Shown: positions 25,180 through 33,832, counted from the first letter of the stretch. The stretch: DNA of 64,000 nt from an uncultured Gemmatimonadaceae bacterium (GCA_963761305.1 CAVXGK010000002.1:2272001-2336000); one strand, 5' to 3'. Program-made: numbers and translations. Notes: generated by a model not told the origin, from the letters alone.

Positions 25180-25713
25180 TCAGACGTCGCTTTTCAGCGC
25201 GTCGGCGTAGAGAGGGTTCGGCAGCAAGTCGCCGTCGATCAACACCTCGCGGTCCCACGGCAGCACGATGGTGCTCTCGGTGGCAAGCGCGTGGAAATCC
25301 GGCGTGTAAGTGCCGGTCTGAAACGCAACGGCCGTGCGGACTTCCGCGGCCCCGGCGTTCACCATGGCGGCGACAGCGAGTCGGATCGTGTCCCCGGTGT
25401 CGCAGGTTTCGTCGACGACCAGCACGCGACGGTTCCGGACCGACGGCGGCGCGGCGCTGAGGACGGCCGGTGTCTCGCGCACCGAGTCCGTGCCGAAACG
25501 GCGGCTGACGATCATCGAGTGGAACTCGCGGCCGAGGATCGCCGCGATCACCGCCGCTGGCACGACGCCGGCTGTCGCAATGCCGATGACGATCTCGGGG
25601 TCGTAGGCCCGGGCGACTTTGAGCGCGAGGCCTCGTGACAGCTCACCAAAGAGCGGCCATTCGACCTCGAAGATCCCCTTCGAATGCTCGACGATAGTGC
25701 GGCGCGGCGACAT
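25180..25713 (-). CDS. Type I phosphoribosyltransferase
   Basis: VLVVDETCDTGDT PRPP loop; IVLPWD. Confidence 0.85.
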   Translation of the reverse strand: MSPRRTIVEHSKGIFEVEWPLFGELSRGLALKVARAYDPEIVIGIATAGVVPAAVIAAILGREFHSMIVSRRFGTDSVRETPAVLSAAPPSVRNRRVLVVDETCDTGDTIRLAVAAMVNAGAAEVRTAVAFQTGTYTPDFHALATESTIVLPWDREVLIDGDLLPNPLYADALKSDV

Positions 25714-25922
25714 GATCGTAACCTATCGGAGCATGGAGAGCCGTGGAAGAATAAGAGCGAGTGCGGCCGTCTCGTGCGCGACCGTTGCTCCGGCACTCTC
25801 GAACGCGTAGCTTTGCCGCGAGCCAAGACATCCCTCTGATTTCGTCTCGGGACGGGTTGTCGGTGCGTTCTCGCGCGGCCGTCTCCCCTCCCGCCGTTCC
25901 GTCTCCAACACGTCCGAGCCGT

Positions 25923-26396
25923 ATGTCCTGGTGGAGCCGCATTCTTGGCGCGGGATCCAAAGCTGAGGTACGACCGCAGCGCCTCGACTATTTGAGCGAG
26001 GCGATGGCGCTCGAGCGGCAAGGCGACTACGACGCCGCGTTGACGTCGTATCGGCTCGCGCTTCGCGACCGGCCAAACGACACCAAGATTCTTCAGAACA
26101 TGGCCATCGCATTCACAAAGACGAATCGGCCGGACGAGGCGATCCGCTGCTATCGCAGCGCGCTCGAGGTGGCTCCGCAGTTGTCCGGCGCGCACTACGG
26201 CTTGGCCTTTCTGCTTCTCAAGCGCGGCGATCCGGACGGCGCCGAGAAACATCTCGACGCGTTTCTCGCGTCGCCGCCGAACGGCGCGGAAGCGGAGCGC
26301 TGGATCAAGCACGCGCGCGAGACGCTCGACACGCTGCGCGGGGGGGGCGGAGGCACCGCGGCCGAAGACTCCGCGGCCGAGGACGCCGAGACGTAA
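25923..26396 (+). CDS. TPR protein
   Basis: Start MSWWSRILG; TPR helices (GDYDAALTSY, AHYGLAFLL). Confidence 0.82.
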   Translation: MSWWSRILGAGSKAEVRPQRLDYLSEAMALERQGDYDAALTSYRLALRDRPNDTKILQNMAIAFTKTNRPDEAIRCYRSALEVAPQLSGAHYGLAFLLLKRGDPDGAEKHLDAFLASPPNGAEAERWIKHARETLDTLRGGGGGTAAEDSAAEDAET

Positions 26397-26397
26397 C

Positions 26398-27165
26398 GTG
26401 GGTCAAGTCCTCGCAGTCGTCAGCCAAAAAGGAGGAGTCGGCAAGACCACCACGGCGGTCAACCTCGCGACTGCGCTGGCGCGTCGCGGGGTCAAGACCC
26501 TGCTCGTCGACTCCGATCCGCAGGGCTCGGTGCGATACGGACTCGGGCTCAACGCGGCGACGACCCGTCTCGGGCTCTCCGATTTCATCGCCGGCACGCA
26601 CGAGCTGCATCAGGTCGTGCGGACGACAACGCTTCCCTGGCTGCGCGTTGTGTCGGCCGGCAGCGTGACCGACACGGCATCGCACGACGAGTATCAGCAC
26701 CAGATGGCGCAATCGCCGCGGACGGTCGAGCTGTTCGAGCGCGCGCGTGAACGCGGATACACGGTCATCGTGGACACGCCGCCGGGGCTGGGTCCGGTGG
26801 TGAATCGAGTGCTGGCGTGCAGCCAGCGAGTGTTGGTGCCGCTCCAATGCGAGCCGCTGGCGCTGCAGACGACTACACAGATCCTGCGGGGCATTCGGGC
26901 GTCGCTGACGTCCAACCCCGCGCTGATCCTGGACGGCATCCTCCTCACCATGGTGGAGGTCGGAAATCCGGCCTCGGAGCGTGTCGAGGCGTACGTGCGG
27001 GAACAGCTTCCCGGCGGGTTGGTATTGGATTTGACCGTGCCGCGAACGCCGGCCTCGGTCGAAGCCTTCGCCGCCGGGCAGCCGGTCGTGCTTCGCTCGC
27101 CGGAAGATCCGGCGGCGCAGGCCTACCGCGCGCTCGCCGCGCTCATTCTGGGACGTCTCGAGTAG
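26398..27165 (+). CDS. ParA/Soj-family ATPase (orphan)
   Basis: QKGGVGKTTT, DSDPQG, DTPP, PLQCE; no adjacent parB. Confidence 0.9.
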   Translation: MGQVLAVVSQKGGVGKTTTAVNLATALARRGVKTLLVDSDPQGSVRYGLGLNAATTRLGLSDFIAGTHELHQVVRTTTLPWLRVVSAGSVTDTASHDEYQHQMAQSPRTVELFERARERGYTVIVDTPPGLGPVVNRVLACSQRVLVPLQCEPLALQTTTQILRGIRASLTSNPALILDGILLTMVEVGNPASERVEAYVREQLPGGLVLDLTVPRTPASVEAFAAGQPVVLRSPEDPAAQAYRALAALILGRLE

Positions 27166-27169
27166 ATCA

Positions 27170-27985
27170 GTGACCCGTCGGCACGCGACAATCCTTGCGC
27201 TCTCGCTCGCGACGCTCGGCCTCGCGTGCGTCGACCTGTCCGCGCCGAAGGGCCCGGCGGCGATCTCGCTCATCCATTTGCCGGCCCAGTTCGTCGTTCG
27301 TGGCGACGTCATGCGCGACAGCGCCGGAACGCCGGCCCCGCCGCTCATCTTCGAATTCAACGCGAACGGGCAGCAAACGGGCGCGGCCCTGGCGCAGTTC
27401 TTCATCCTCGACAGCGCGCCGGTCGCGCATTTCGATCCGACGACTGGCGTTCTCGTGGGGGATCGGCTCGGCACCGTCAACTTCATCGGGCAGGTCACCG
27501 GTCTGCAAACGCCGACCACGCAGGCGTTCGTGACCGTCGAACCCCAGGTGATCGATGAGGGGACGGGGGCGCTGGACACGATCAAGGCGCCGTTGAACAC
27601 CGACACGACGCTCGTCCTGTCCGTGAACGCTGGCGCTTCGAAGTTGCCCGTCATCGTGAGCGGAGTCGGCGACACGGGCGTACAGGGCGTCGTGGTTCAC
27701 TACACGCTCGTCCGGACGCTGGCGTCGAGCAGTCCCTCGCGTCAGGCCGTCTACATCACGAACGCGACCGCGCTCTCGAACGTGGACACCACCGGCTCTT
27801 CCGGCGCCACCACCATCAATCAGATCAACGTGAAGGCGAATTTGCTCGCCGACGCGGCGGTCGCGACAGGACAGAAGGTGGACAGCGTCATCGTCCAGGC
27901 GACGGCGACGTACAAGGGTATGCCGCTGGCAGGATCGCCCGTGACGTTCGTGTTCCACGTCGTGGGGTCGCTCACTTCTCCATAG
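27170..27985 (+). CDS. Hypothetical lipoprotein, beta-rich
   Basis: Lipobox-like LGLAC; Thr/Val-rich. Confidence 0.72.
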   Translation: MTRRHATILALSLATLGLACVDLSAPKGPAAISLIHLPAQFVVRGDVMRDSAGTPAPPLIFEFNANGQQTGAALAQFFILDSAPVAHFDPTTGVLVGDRLGTVNFIGQVTGLQTPTTQAFVTVEPQVIDEGTGALDTIKAPLNTDTTLVLSVNAGASKLPVIVSGVGDTGVQGVVVHYTLVRTLASSSPSRQAVYITNATALSNVDTTGSSGATTINQINVKANLLADAAVATGQKVDSVIVQATATYKGMPLAGSPVTFVFHVVGSLTSP

Positions 27986-28058
27986 CACGCTTGTCGCATC
28001 CGGTTTCGCGAGGCGCCGCGGCTACGTATACTGATGACTCGCGCTCCAGCAGAGGACG

Positions 28059-29900
28059 TTGATGATCTCCACGGGCGGTCCGCGCAACTCCACGCCGGGT
28101 ACTCTCAACCAACTCTTCTTCAAGGCGTGTGAACGGCGAAAGCCCGACGCGCTCCAGGTGAAGCGCGACGGGCGCTACCAGCCGATCTCGCACGACACGC
28201 TCAAGGATCGCGTGCGTCGCGCGTCGCTCGGACTCGACGCGCTCGGCGTGCGTCCCGGGGATCGCGTCGCGATTCTGTCGACGAACCGGCCCGACTGGGT
28301 GATTGCCGACCTCGCCTGTCTCTCGATGGGCGCGGCCGACGTGCCGATCTACCCGAACCTGCCCCCGGATCAGACGGCGTACATCGTTCGCGACTCGGGA
28401 GCGGTCGCGATCTTCACGTCGGATACGGAACAGACGTCGAAGGTCACGTCGATCCGCGGCGAATGTCCGGCGTTGCGGCACGTGATCACGTTCGACGAAG
28501 GCGTCGGCGGCGACATGACGCTCGCCGCACTCGAGGCCAAGGGTTCGAGTGTGGACAACGACGCGTCGCGCGCGGCGTATCGCGCGCGAGCGGACGCGGT
28601 TCGCCCCGACGATCTCGCGACGATCATCTACACGTCCGGGACGACGGGCGACCCGAAGGGCGTGATGCTGACGCACGACAATCTCTACTCCGACACGATG
28701 GCGGCGTGCGCGGCGATCCCGAATTCGGGCGACGACACCTGTCTCAGCTTTTTGCCGCTGTCGCACAGCTTCGAGCGCACCGGCGGCTATTACGTGATGC
28801 TCAACTTCGGCGCGAGCATCGCGTACGCCGAATCGATGGACACGGTGCCGAAGAATCTGGTCGAGGTTCGACCGACGCTCGTTCTCTCCGTGCCGCGTCT
28901 GTACGAGAAGATGTACGCCCGTGTGCTCGAGAACGCGCTCTCGGGCGGCGCGCTCAAGAAGCGGATCTTCTACTGGGCGCGGAACGTCGGCGAGCGGTGG
29001 GCCGACGTGAAGCTGGCCGGTGGAACGCCAGGCGGACTGCTCGGGTTGCAGTACGCGATCGCGCATCGCCTCGTGTTCTCGAAGCTCCAGGCGCGCACCG
29101 GCGGACGGCTCAAGTATTTCGTCTCCGGCGGCGCGCCGCTCGCCCCCGAGATCATCAAGTTCTTCTACGCCGCGGGACTCGTCATCCTCGAGGGCTACGG
29201 ACTCACCGAGACGTCGCCCGTGATCGCGGTGAACACGCCGGCGAACTATCGCATCGGCACGGTGGGCAAGCCGCTGCCCGGTACCGAAGCGACGATCGCG
29301 CCCGACGGCGAGATCCTCGTGCGCGGCCCGCAGATCATGAAGGGCTACTTCAACAAGCCGGCGGCCACCGCCGAAGCGATCGACACGGCCGGCTGGTTCC
29401 ACACCGGCGACATCGGCGAGCTCCGCGACGGATTCGTCGCGATCACCGATCGCAAGAAGGACATCATCGTCACGGCAGGCGGCAAGAACATCTCGCCGCA
29501 GCCGATCGAGAACAGGATTCGCACGAACAAGTTCGTCGCGCAGGCGGTGATGATCGGCGACAAGCGAAAATACCCCGTCATGCTCATCGTCCCCAACTGG
29601 GAAAGCCTCGAGAAGTGGGCCAAGGCCGAAGGCGTGGCGTGGGGGCCGTACAACGAACTGCTCGATTCACCGGCGATTCGCGAGAAGATGGAGCGCGAGG
29701 TGATGGGCGAGGTGAAGGGTCTCGCCCACTTCGAGATGCCGAAACGCATCGGCCTGCTCGAGCACGACTTCTCGGTCGAGCGCGGCGAGCTCACACCGAC
29801 GCTCAAGGTCAAGCGTCGCGTGATAGACAAGACGTACAAATCGGTGATCGATTCGCTGTACGAGGGAACCGGCGAGCAGGAGCCGGTGCTCGCGAGATAG
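28059..29900 (+). CDS. fadD: Long-chain fatty acid-CoA ligase
   Basis: YTSGTTGDPKG, EGYGLTE, WFHTGD, DRKKD, TPTLKVKR. Confidence 0.92.
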   Translation: MMISTGGPRNSTPGTLNQLFFKACERRKPDALQVKRDGRYQPISHDTLKDRVRRASLGLDALGVRPGDRVAILSTNRPDWVIADLACLSMGAADVPIYPNLPPDQTAYIVRDSGAVAIFTSDTEQTSKVTSIRGECPALRHVITFDEGVGGDMTLAALEAKGSSVDNDASRAAYRARADAVRPDDLATIIYTSGTTGDPKGVMLTHDNLYSDTMAACAAIPNSGDDTCLSFLPLSHSFERTGGYYVMLNFGASIAYAESMDTVPKNLVEVRPTLVLSVPRLYEKMYARVLENALSGGALKKRIFYWARNVGERWADVKLAGGTPGGLLGLQYAIAHRLVFSKLQARTGGRLKYFVSGGAPLAPEIIKFFYAAGLVILEGYGLTETSPVIAVNTPANYRIGTVGKPLPGTEATIAPDGEILVRGPQIMKGYFNKPAATAEAIDTAGWFHTGDIGELRDGFVAITDRKKDIIVTAGGKNISPQPIENRIRTNKFVAQAVMIGDKRKYPVMLIVPNWESLEKWAKAEGVAWGPYNELLDSPAIREKMEREVMGEVKGLAHFEMPKRIGLLEHDFSVERGELTPTLKVKRRVIDKTYKSVIDSLYEGTGEQEPVLAR

Positions 29901-29967
29901 CCTCTCCATCGGCCTCGAGACTTCGCGGGGTTCTGGCGTCGATGCATTTCGGCGCTGAAAACTGCGT

Positions 29968-29989
29968 GGTACGGCAACGATTTCGCGGA
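29968..29989. repeat. Left arm of 22-bp inverted repeat
   Basis: GGTACGGCAACGATTTCGCGGA, exact reverse complement of 30564-30585. Confidence 0.95.
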
Positions 29990-30036
29990 AACGGCCGGAT
30001 GACGCGGAGAAGCCATTTAGCGAAGGGCCCAACGAC

Positions 30037-30465
30037 CTAGCCGTGGTCGTTTGGCCCGGCGGCGAGTTTTCCAACGGCGCTCGGTTGCTTGTTCGGCTGG
30101 CAGCAAATCACCCGATGGAAGTTCGCCGAGCGTCCGAAGTGCAGGAGCAGGCCGACGTCGAACCTCGTCGCTCGAAGGTAGTTGTACAGTTGCCGCTTGG
30201 CGTCGCGATGGAGGCGTTCGGTCGATTTGATCTCGACAACCAGTTTGTCGTCGATGACCATGTCGACTCGCTGGCGGGCGACGGCGACACCAGCATGTTG
30301 GACAGTGACTTCGAGCTCTCGATCGACGCGGTGTCCGCGCTGATGTAGTTCGAACTCGAGCGCCTTCGCGTGCACATGCTCCAGAAATCCGAAGCCGAGG
30401 TTTCGATGCACTGCGAAGAACGCACCGATCACCGAGTGTGTAAGCGCCTCTTCGATCAAGACCAT
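30037..30465 (-). CDS. GxxExxY-family PD-(D/E)XK nuclease-like protein
   Basis: IGAFFAVHRNLGFGFLEHVH, RVDMVI, VVEIKS, QLYNYL, GLLLHFG. Confidence 0.88.
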   Translation of the reverse strand: MVLIEEALTHSVIGAFFAVHRNLGFGFLEHVHAKALEFELHQRGHRVDRELEVTVQHAGVAVARQRVDMVIDDKLVVEIKSTERLHRDAKRQLYNYLRATRFDVGLLLHFGRSANFHRVICCQPNKQPSAVGKLAAGPNDHG

Positions 30466-30563
30466 GCGGCCAAGTTCGTGCCGCGCGCCGAACGCACCGT
30501 CACCCTTCCATTTCGTTCGGTACACAGCCACGCCGTGCGGCGGTGTCCGCGGAATCCGATCTC

Positions 30564-30585
30564 TCCGCGAAATCGTTGCCGTACC
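30564..30585. repeat. Right arm of 22-bp inverted repeat
   Basis: TCCGCGAAATCGTTGCCGTACC. Confidence 0.95.
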
Positions 30586-30627
30586 GAAGTCGTGCCGTTT
30601 CCGCTCGAGTTGTCCGACCTAGCGCGC

Positions 30628-31554
30628 CTAGACGAGCGCGGACGTCTCGTGGAGCACCGCGGCCCATGCGTCGCGCACGCTGGGTGCGGTCGGGCGCCAA
30701 TCGGTCAGCTCGCGCAGCTTCCGGTTCGACACGCGCTGCGAGCGTGAGCGGAGCTCCGTAGCGCCGCCGTCGAGCGCGGGAAACCAGGCACCGCGAGGTC
30801 GCGGCGCTCCCACGCCGAGCGCGTTGGCGAGCGACTCGAGCCACTCGCCGCGCGTGAGCGGTTGGTCGTCGGAGACATTGTACGTGCCGGCCGGCAAGTG
30901 GAGCGCCTCGACGACCGCCGCCGCCGCGTCGTCGTGCGACACGGTCGGATAGTACGCGTCGAGTGAACCGACGAGCGGACTCACGCCGCGGCGCACGCTC
31001 TCGACCATCTCGCGCGTGGCCAGCGAGTCCGACCCATAGAAGTACGCGAAGCGCAGCACGATCCCGCGGCCGCCGAACTTCGTGAACTGTGCGATCGCCG
31101 CCTCGGCGTCGAGCACGGTCTTGTTGAAGCGCGACGGATTCAAGTGCCACCGTTCGTCGATCCACTCTTCGCCGCGATCCTCGTAGACCGGCGCGAACGA
31201 TTCCTGGATCACGCAGTCCGCGCCGGCGAGGCGCGCCGCCGTGGCGAGATTCGCCGAACCCACGCGGCGCACGCGGTCGTTTTCGCGCCACGACCAGGGA
31301 AGCCGTTTCGCCGCGGCGCCGGTAGGAATGTGCGTGGCCAAATTGACCACGACGTCCGGTTTTCCCATGGCGCGGCGGACGTTGGCCGCATCCATCAAAT
31401 CCATCGTCACCGCGTTCGCCCCGAGCTCGCGCAGTCGCGCGAGTCCCGTCTCGCTGCGCGACGCGGCGACGACCTCGTGGCCCGCGCTCGCCAACGCGGA
31501 CACGACCCGCCGTCCGATGACGCCCGTTCCGCCGGCAATGAAGACGCGAAGCAT
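30628..31554 (-). CDS. NAD-dependent epimerase/dehydratase family protein
   Basis: IAGGTGVIG, VVNLAT, VLRFAYFYG, DDAAAA, YNVSDD. Confidence 0.85.
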   Translation of the reverse strand: MLRVFIAGGTGVIGRRVVSALASAGHEVVAASRSETGLARLRELGANAVTMDLMDAANVRRAMGKPDVVVNLATHIPTGAAAKRLPWSWRENDRVRRVGSANLATAARLAGADCVIQESFAPVYEDRGEEWIDERWHLNPSRFNKTVLDAEAAIAQFTKFGGRGIVLRFAYFYGSDSLATREMVESVRRGVSPLVGSLDAYYPTVSHDDAAAAVVEALHLPAGTYNVSDDQPLTRGEWLESLANALGVGAPRPRGAWFPALDGGATELRSRSQRVSNRKLRELTDWRPTAPSVRDAWAAVLHETSALV

Positions 31555-31591
31555 GGGGAGGGTCGTTGGTTTAGAGAAGACTCACGTTGCG

Positions 31592-32221
31592 TCAGTGCGC
31601 CGCACGGCGGAACAGCGTGACGGGCGGGCTCGCGGCCGCCGACGGGTCCAGCTCCGCGACCCACACGTCGCCGTCGCGCGCGAGCTCGACGAATCCCGGC
31701 GGAATGTCGGTGTCCGCCCCGGCGAGCAGCCGTCCGCCGCCGCGCAGGCTCGCCCGCAGCGAGTCCGCCATCGCGTCACTCGCGCCGTCGTCGATCGCGA
31801 CCGCGTCGGCCCAGCCCGGCGCGACGGGGGCCACGGGAGCGCGCACGATGGAAATGCCGTCACCGCTTGTCACACCGGGTGGAGGATTGACGAGAAGCAT
31901 TTGAGCGGGCGAGAGGCCGCGGAGAATCGCCGCGTGCGTGCCCCACGAACCCTGCAGAATCGCCGTCATTCGCCCGTCGGTCAAATCGAGCGCTGCCGCG
32001 AGGCGCAGGGCGTCGGCCGAGCTCGGCGTTCGGTCGACGGGACTCTGCGCGTCGCCGAACACCACCACGCCGTCCCGAATACGGTATTCCGCCGAGCATA
32101 CCGGACAACCCAGCGTGCCCTCGAGCACGTCACGCTCCTCGGCGCGGTCGATCGATGCGACGAGCCACGTGTCTTCGTGGCCATTCAGGCAGCGGAGCCG
32201 GTCGATGAGCGGGAGAAACAC
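31592..32221 (-). CDS. Hypothetical protein with Trm112-like zinc ribbon
   Basis: LRCLNGH...EGTLGCPVCSAEYRIRDGV; C-terminal degenerate Rossmann-like region. Confidence 0.65.
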   Translation of the reverse strand: MFLPLIDRLRCLNGHEDTWLVASIDRAEERDVLEGTLGCPVCSAEYRIRDGVVVFGDAQSPVDRTPSSADALRLAAALDLTDGRMTAILQGSWGTHAAILRGLSPAQMLLVNPPPGVTSGDGISIVRAPVAPVAPGWADAVAIDDGASDAMADSLRASLRGGGRLLAGADTDIPPGFVELARDGDVWVAELDPSAAASPPVTLFRRAAH

Positions 32222-32224
32222 GAT

Positions 32225-32935
32225 TCACGCCCCCGACAGCCGTAGCTCGTCCACGTTCACGTCCGCCGGTTGCGCGACGGCGAACATCACGGCGGATGCG
32301 ACCGCATCGGCGCGCAGCATCTGGCGCCGCGCGGTGAATCCGGGTCGCTCGTCCGGGTTGACCGGATCCCAGAGCGAGGTGTCGACCGCGGACGGCGAGA
32401 CGAGCGTCGCCCGCACGCCGCTTCCTTTGACCTCGGCGCGCACCACTTCGTGCAACGCGCGCACGCCGAACTTGCTCGCGGCGTATCCCGCGTTCTCGGG
32501 AAACGCGACGTGGTCGGCGATCGAGCCGATCGTCACGATGAGTCCCGACCGACGCGCGCGCATCGCGGGCAGAAAGGCGCGCACGAGGCGAAACGGCGCG
32601 ACGAGGTTGACGCCGATCGCCGCGCGAAAGTCGGCGACGGCGGTGTCCTCCACCGCGGCGAGCGAAAAGAACCCGGCGTTGTTGACGAGCACGTCGGGTG
32701 CACCGCCGAACGCGTCGCTCACGCGCGAGATCGCCGCGTCGAGCGCGCGATCGTCGGTCACGTCACAGGCGAGCGCGAGCGCCCGGTCGCCGATCGAGCG
32801 CGCCTGTTCGGCGAGGACGTCGGCGCTGCGCGCCAGCATGGCGACGCGAAACCCCGCGGCGGCGAGCGCTTTCGACGTCGCGAGACCAATGCCGCGCGAC
32901 GCGCCGGACACGACCGCGGTTCCGACCGGCGTCAT
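32225..32935 (-). CDS. SDR oxidoreductase
   Basis: SGASRGIG, LVNNAG, YAASK; start overlaps PTPS stop (ATGA). Confidence 0.9.
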   Translation of the reverse strand: MTPVGTAVVSGASRGIGLATSKALAAAGFRVAMLARSADVLAEQARSIGDRALALACDVTDDRALDAAISRVSDAFGGAPDVLVNNAGFFSLAAVEDTAVADFRAAIGVNLVAPFRLVRAFLPAMRARRSGLIVTIGSIADHVAFPENAGYAASKFGVRALHEVVRAEVKGSGVRATLVSPSAVDTSLWDPVNPDERPGFTARRQMLRADAVASAVMFAVAQPADVNVDELRLSGA

Positions 32936-33345
32936 CGACCGTCGTACTCGACGTAGTTGTTCGGCGTCTCCCACAGCACGAGCCGCGTGAGTCGCGCCGG
33001 AGCGAGCGCGGGCTCGAGCACGCGCCAGATCCCGACGACGAAGTTCTCCGTCGTGGGAATGACGTCGCGCAGAAAATCGACTTCGAGGTTGAGGTTCCGG
33101 TGGTCCACCTTGTCGATGACTTCCTGCGTCACGATCCGCTTGACGACGGCGAGGTCGATCACGTACCCGGTGCGCTCGTCGACCGGGCCGGTGACGGCAA
33201 CGTCGAGCGTGTAGTTGTGGCCGTGCCAGTTCGGGTTGTTGCATTTCCCGAACAGCGCCTTGTTCTCGGCGTCGGAAAGTGCGGGATTGTGGACGCGATG
33301 CGCCGCGTTGAACTGCAGCCTGCGAACCACGGTCACGTTGGGCAT
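32932..33345 (-). CDS. 6-pyruvoyl-tetrahydropterin synthase (COG0720, PTPS-II motif)
   Basis: FNAAHR, GKCNNPNWHGHNY, DHRNLN, TTEN, WETPNN. Confidence 0.9.
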   Translation of the reverse strand: MPNVTVVRRLQFNAAHRVHNPALSDAENKALFGKCNNPNWHGHNYTLDVAVTGPVDERTGYVIDLAVVKRIVTQEVIDKVDHRNLNLEVDFLRDVIPTTENFVVGIWRVLEPALAPARLTRLVLWETPNNYVEYDGR

Positions 33346-33376
33346 GCCAGAATCTCTCGCGTCGGGCGACAAAGAA

Positions 33377-33406
33377 CGAGCCCCGCGGGATGAACCGCGG
33401 GGCTCG
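33377..33406 (-). terminator. Intrinsic terminator (minus strand)
   Basis: 12-bp perfect stem CGAGCCCCGCGG/CCGCGGGGCTCG followed on the minus strand by TTCTTT. Confidence 0.75.
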
Positions 33407-33411
33407 AAAGA

Positions 33412-33570
33412 ATTCGGTCCGGAGAGGGTTTTGTGAAGCCCAGTCGAATTATGAGGTCCTCACCACCAACCTTCCGCCTTCCCCCGCACTGGGGGCATGA
33501 CGTCGGTGATAGATTGTCGAACCCACTCGAAGGACTTGTTGGCTCAAAAACGGAGTTCTCCGTCCCGAAT
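33412..33570 (-). ncRNA. ssrS: Probable 6S RNA
   Basis: About 160-nt lower-GC intergenic segment with complementary ends (ATTCGG..CGGAGA / TCTCCG..CCGAAT), inner GTTTTTGAGCC / GGCTTCACAAAAC pairing, TGAGCCAACA motif; strand inferred from the adjacent terminator. Confidence 0.6.
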
Positions 33571-33638
33571 ATTTCCTTTCGTCGAGTGCCAGAAGCAATT
33601 TACAGGCGAGCACACACCCGGTCAAACCTGGAACAACG

Positions 33639-33809
33639 ATGGATCTCGGAATTCTCGGCGGTATCGCGTTGGTCGTCGTGTGGGGCGTCGCGTTTTTCGC
33701 GTTCGAACCACCCGGTTGGGTACATCTCCTGCTATCAGTGGGCGTCTTCGTGATCATCGCACGCATCGTCGTGCGTGGAACTCCGAGCGCGAAGCACCCG
33801 CCCAAATAG
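33639..33809 (+). CDS. Small 56-aa membrane protein (lmo0937/DUF5670-like)
   Basis: Manual translation MDLGILGGIALVVVWGVAFFAFEPPGWVHLLLSVGVFVIIARIVVRGTPSAKHPPK; absent from the ORF track. Confidence 0.7.
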   Translation: MDLGILGGIALVVVWGVAFFAFEPPGWVHLLLSVGVFVIIARIVVRGTPSAKHPPK

Positions 33810-33832
33810 GACGAGCAGAGCCATCAATCGTC

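Noticed and set aside
26340..26347. G8 run in the TPR gene as a frameshift
   Set aside because: ORF stays open and ends 1 bp before the parA start; no sign of disruption
33346..33411. preQ1 riboswitch or a queD assignment
   Set aside because: No preQ1 aptamer pattern seen; the enzyme motif is C-x5-HGH rather than QueD C-x3-HGH
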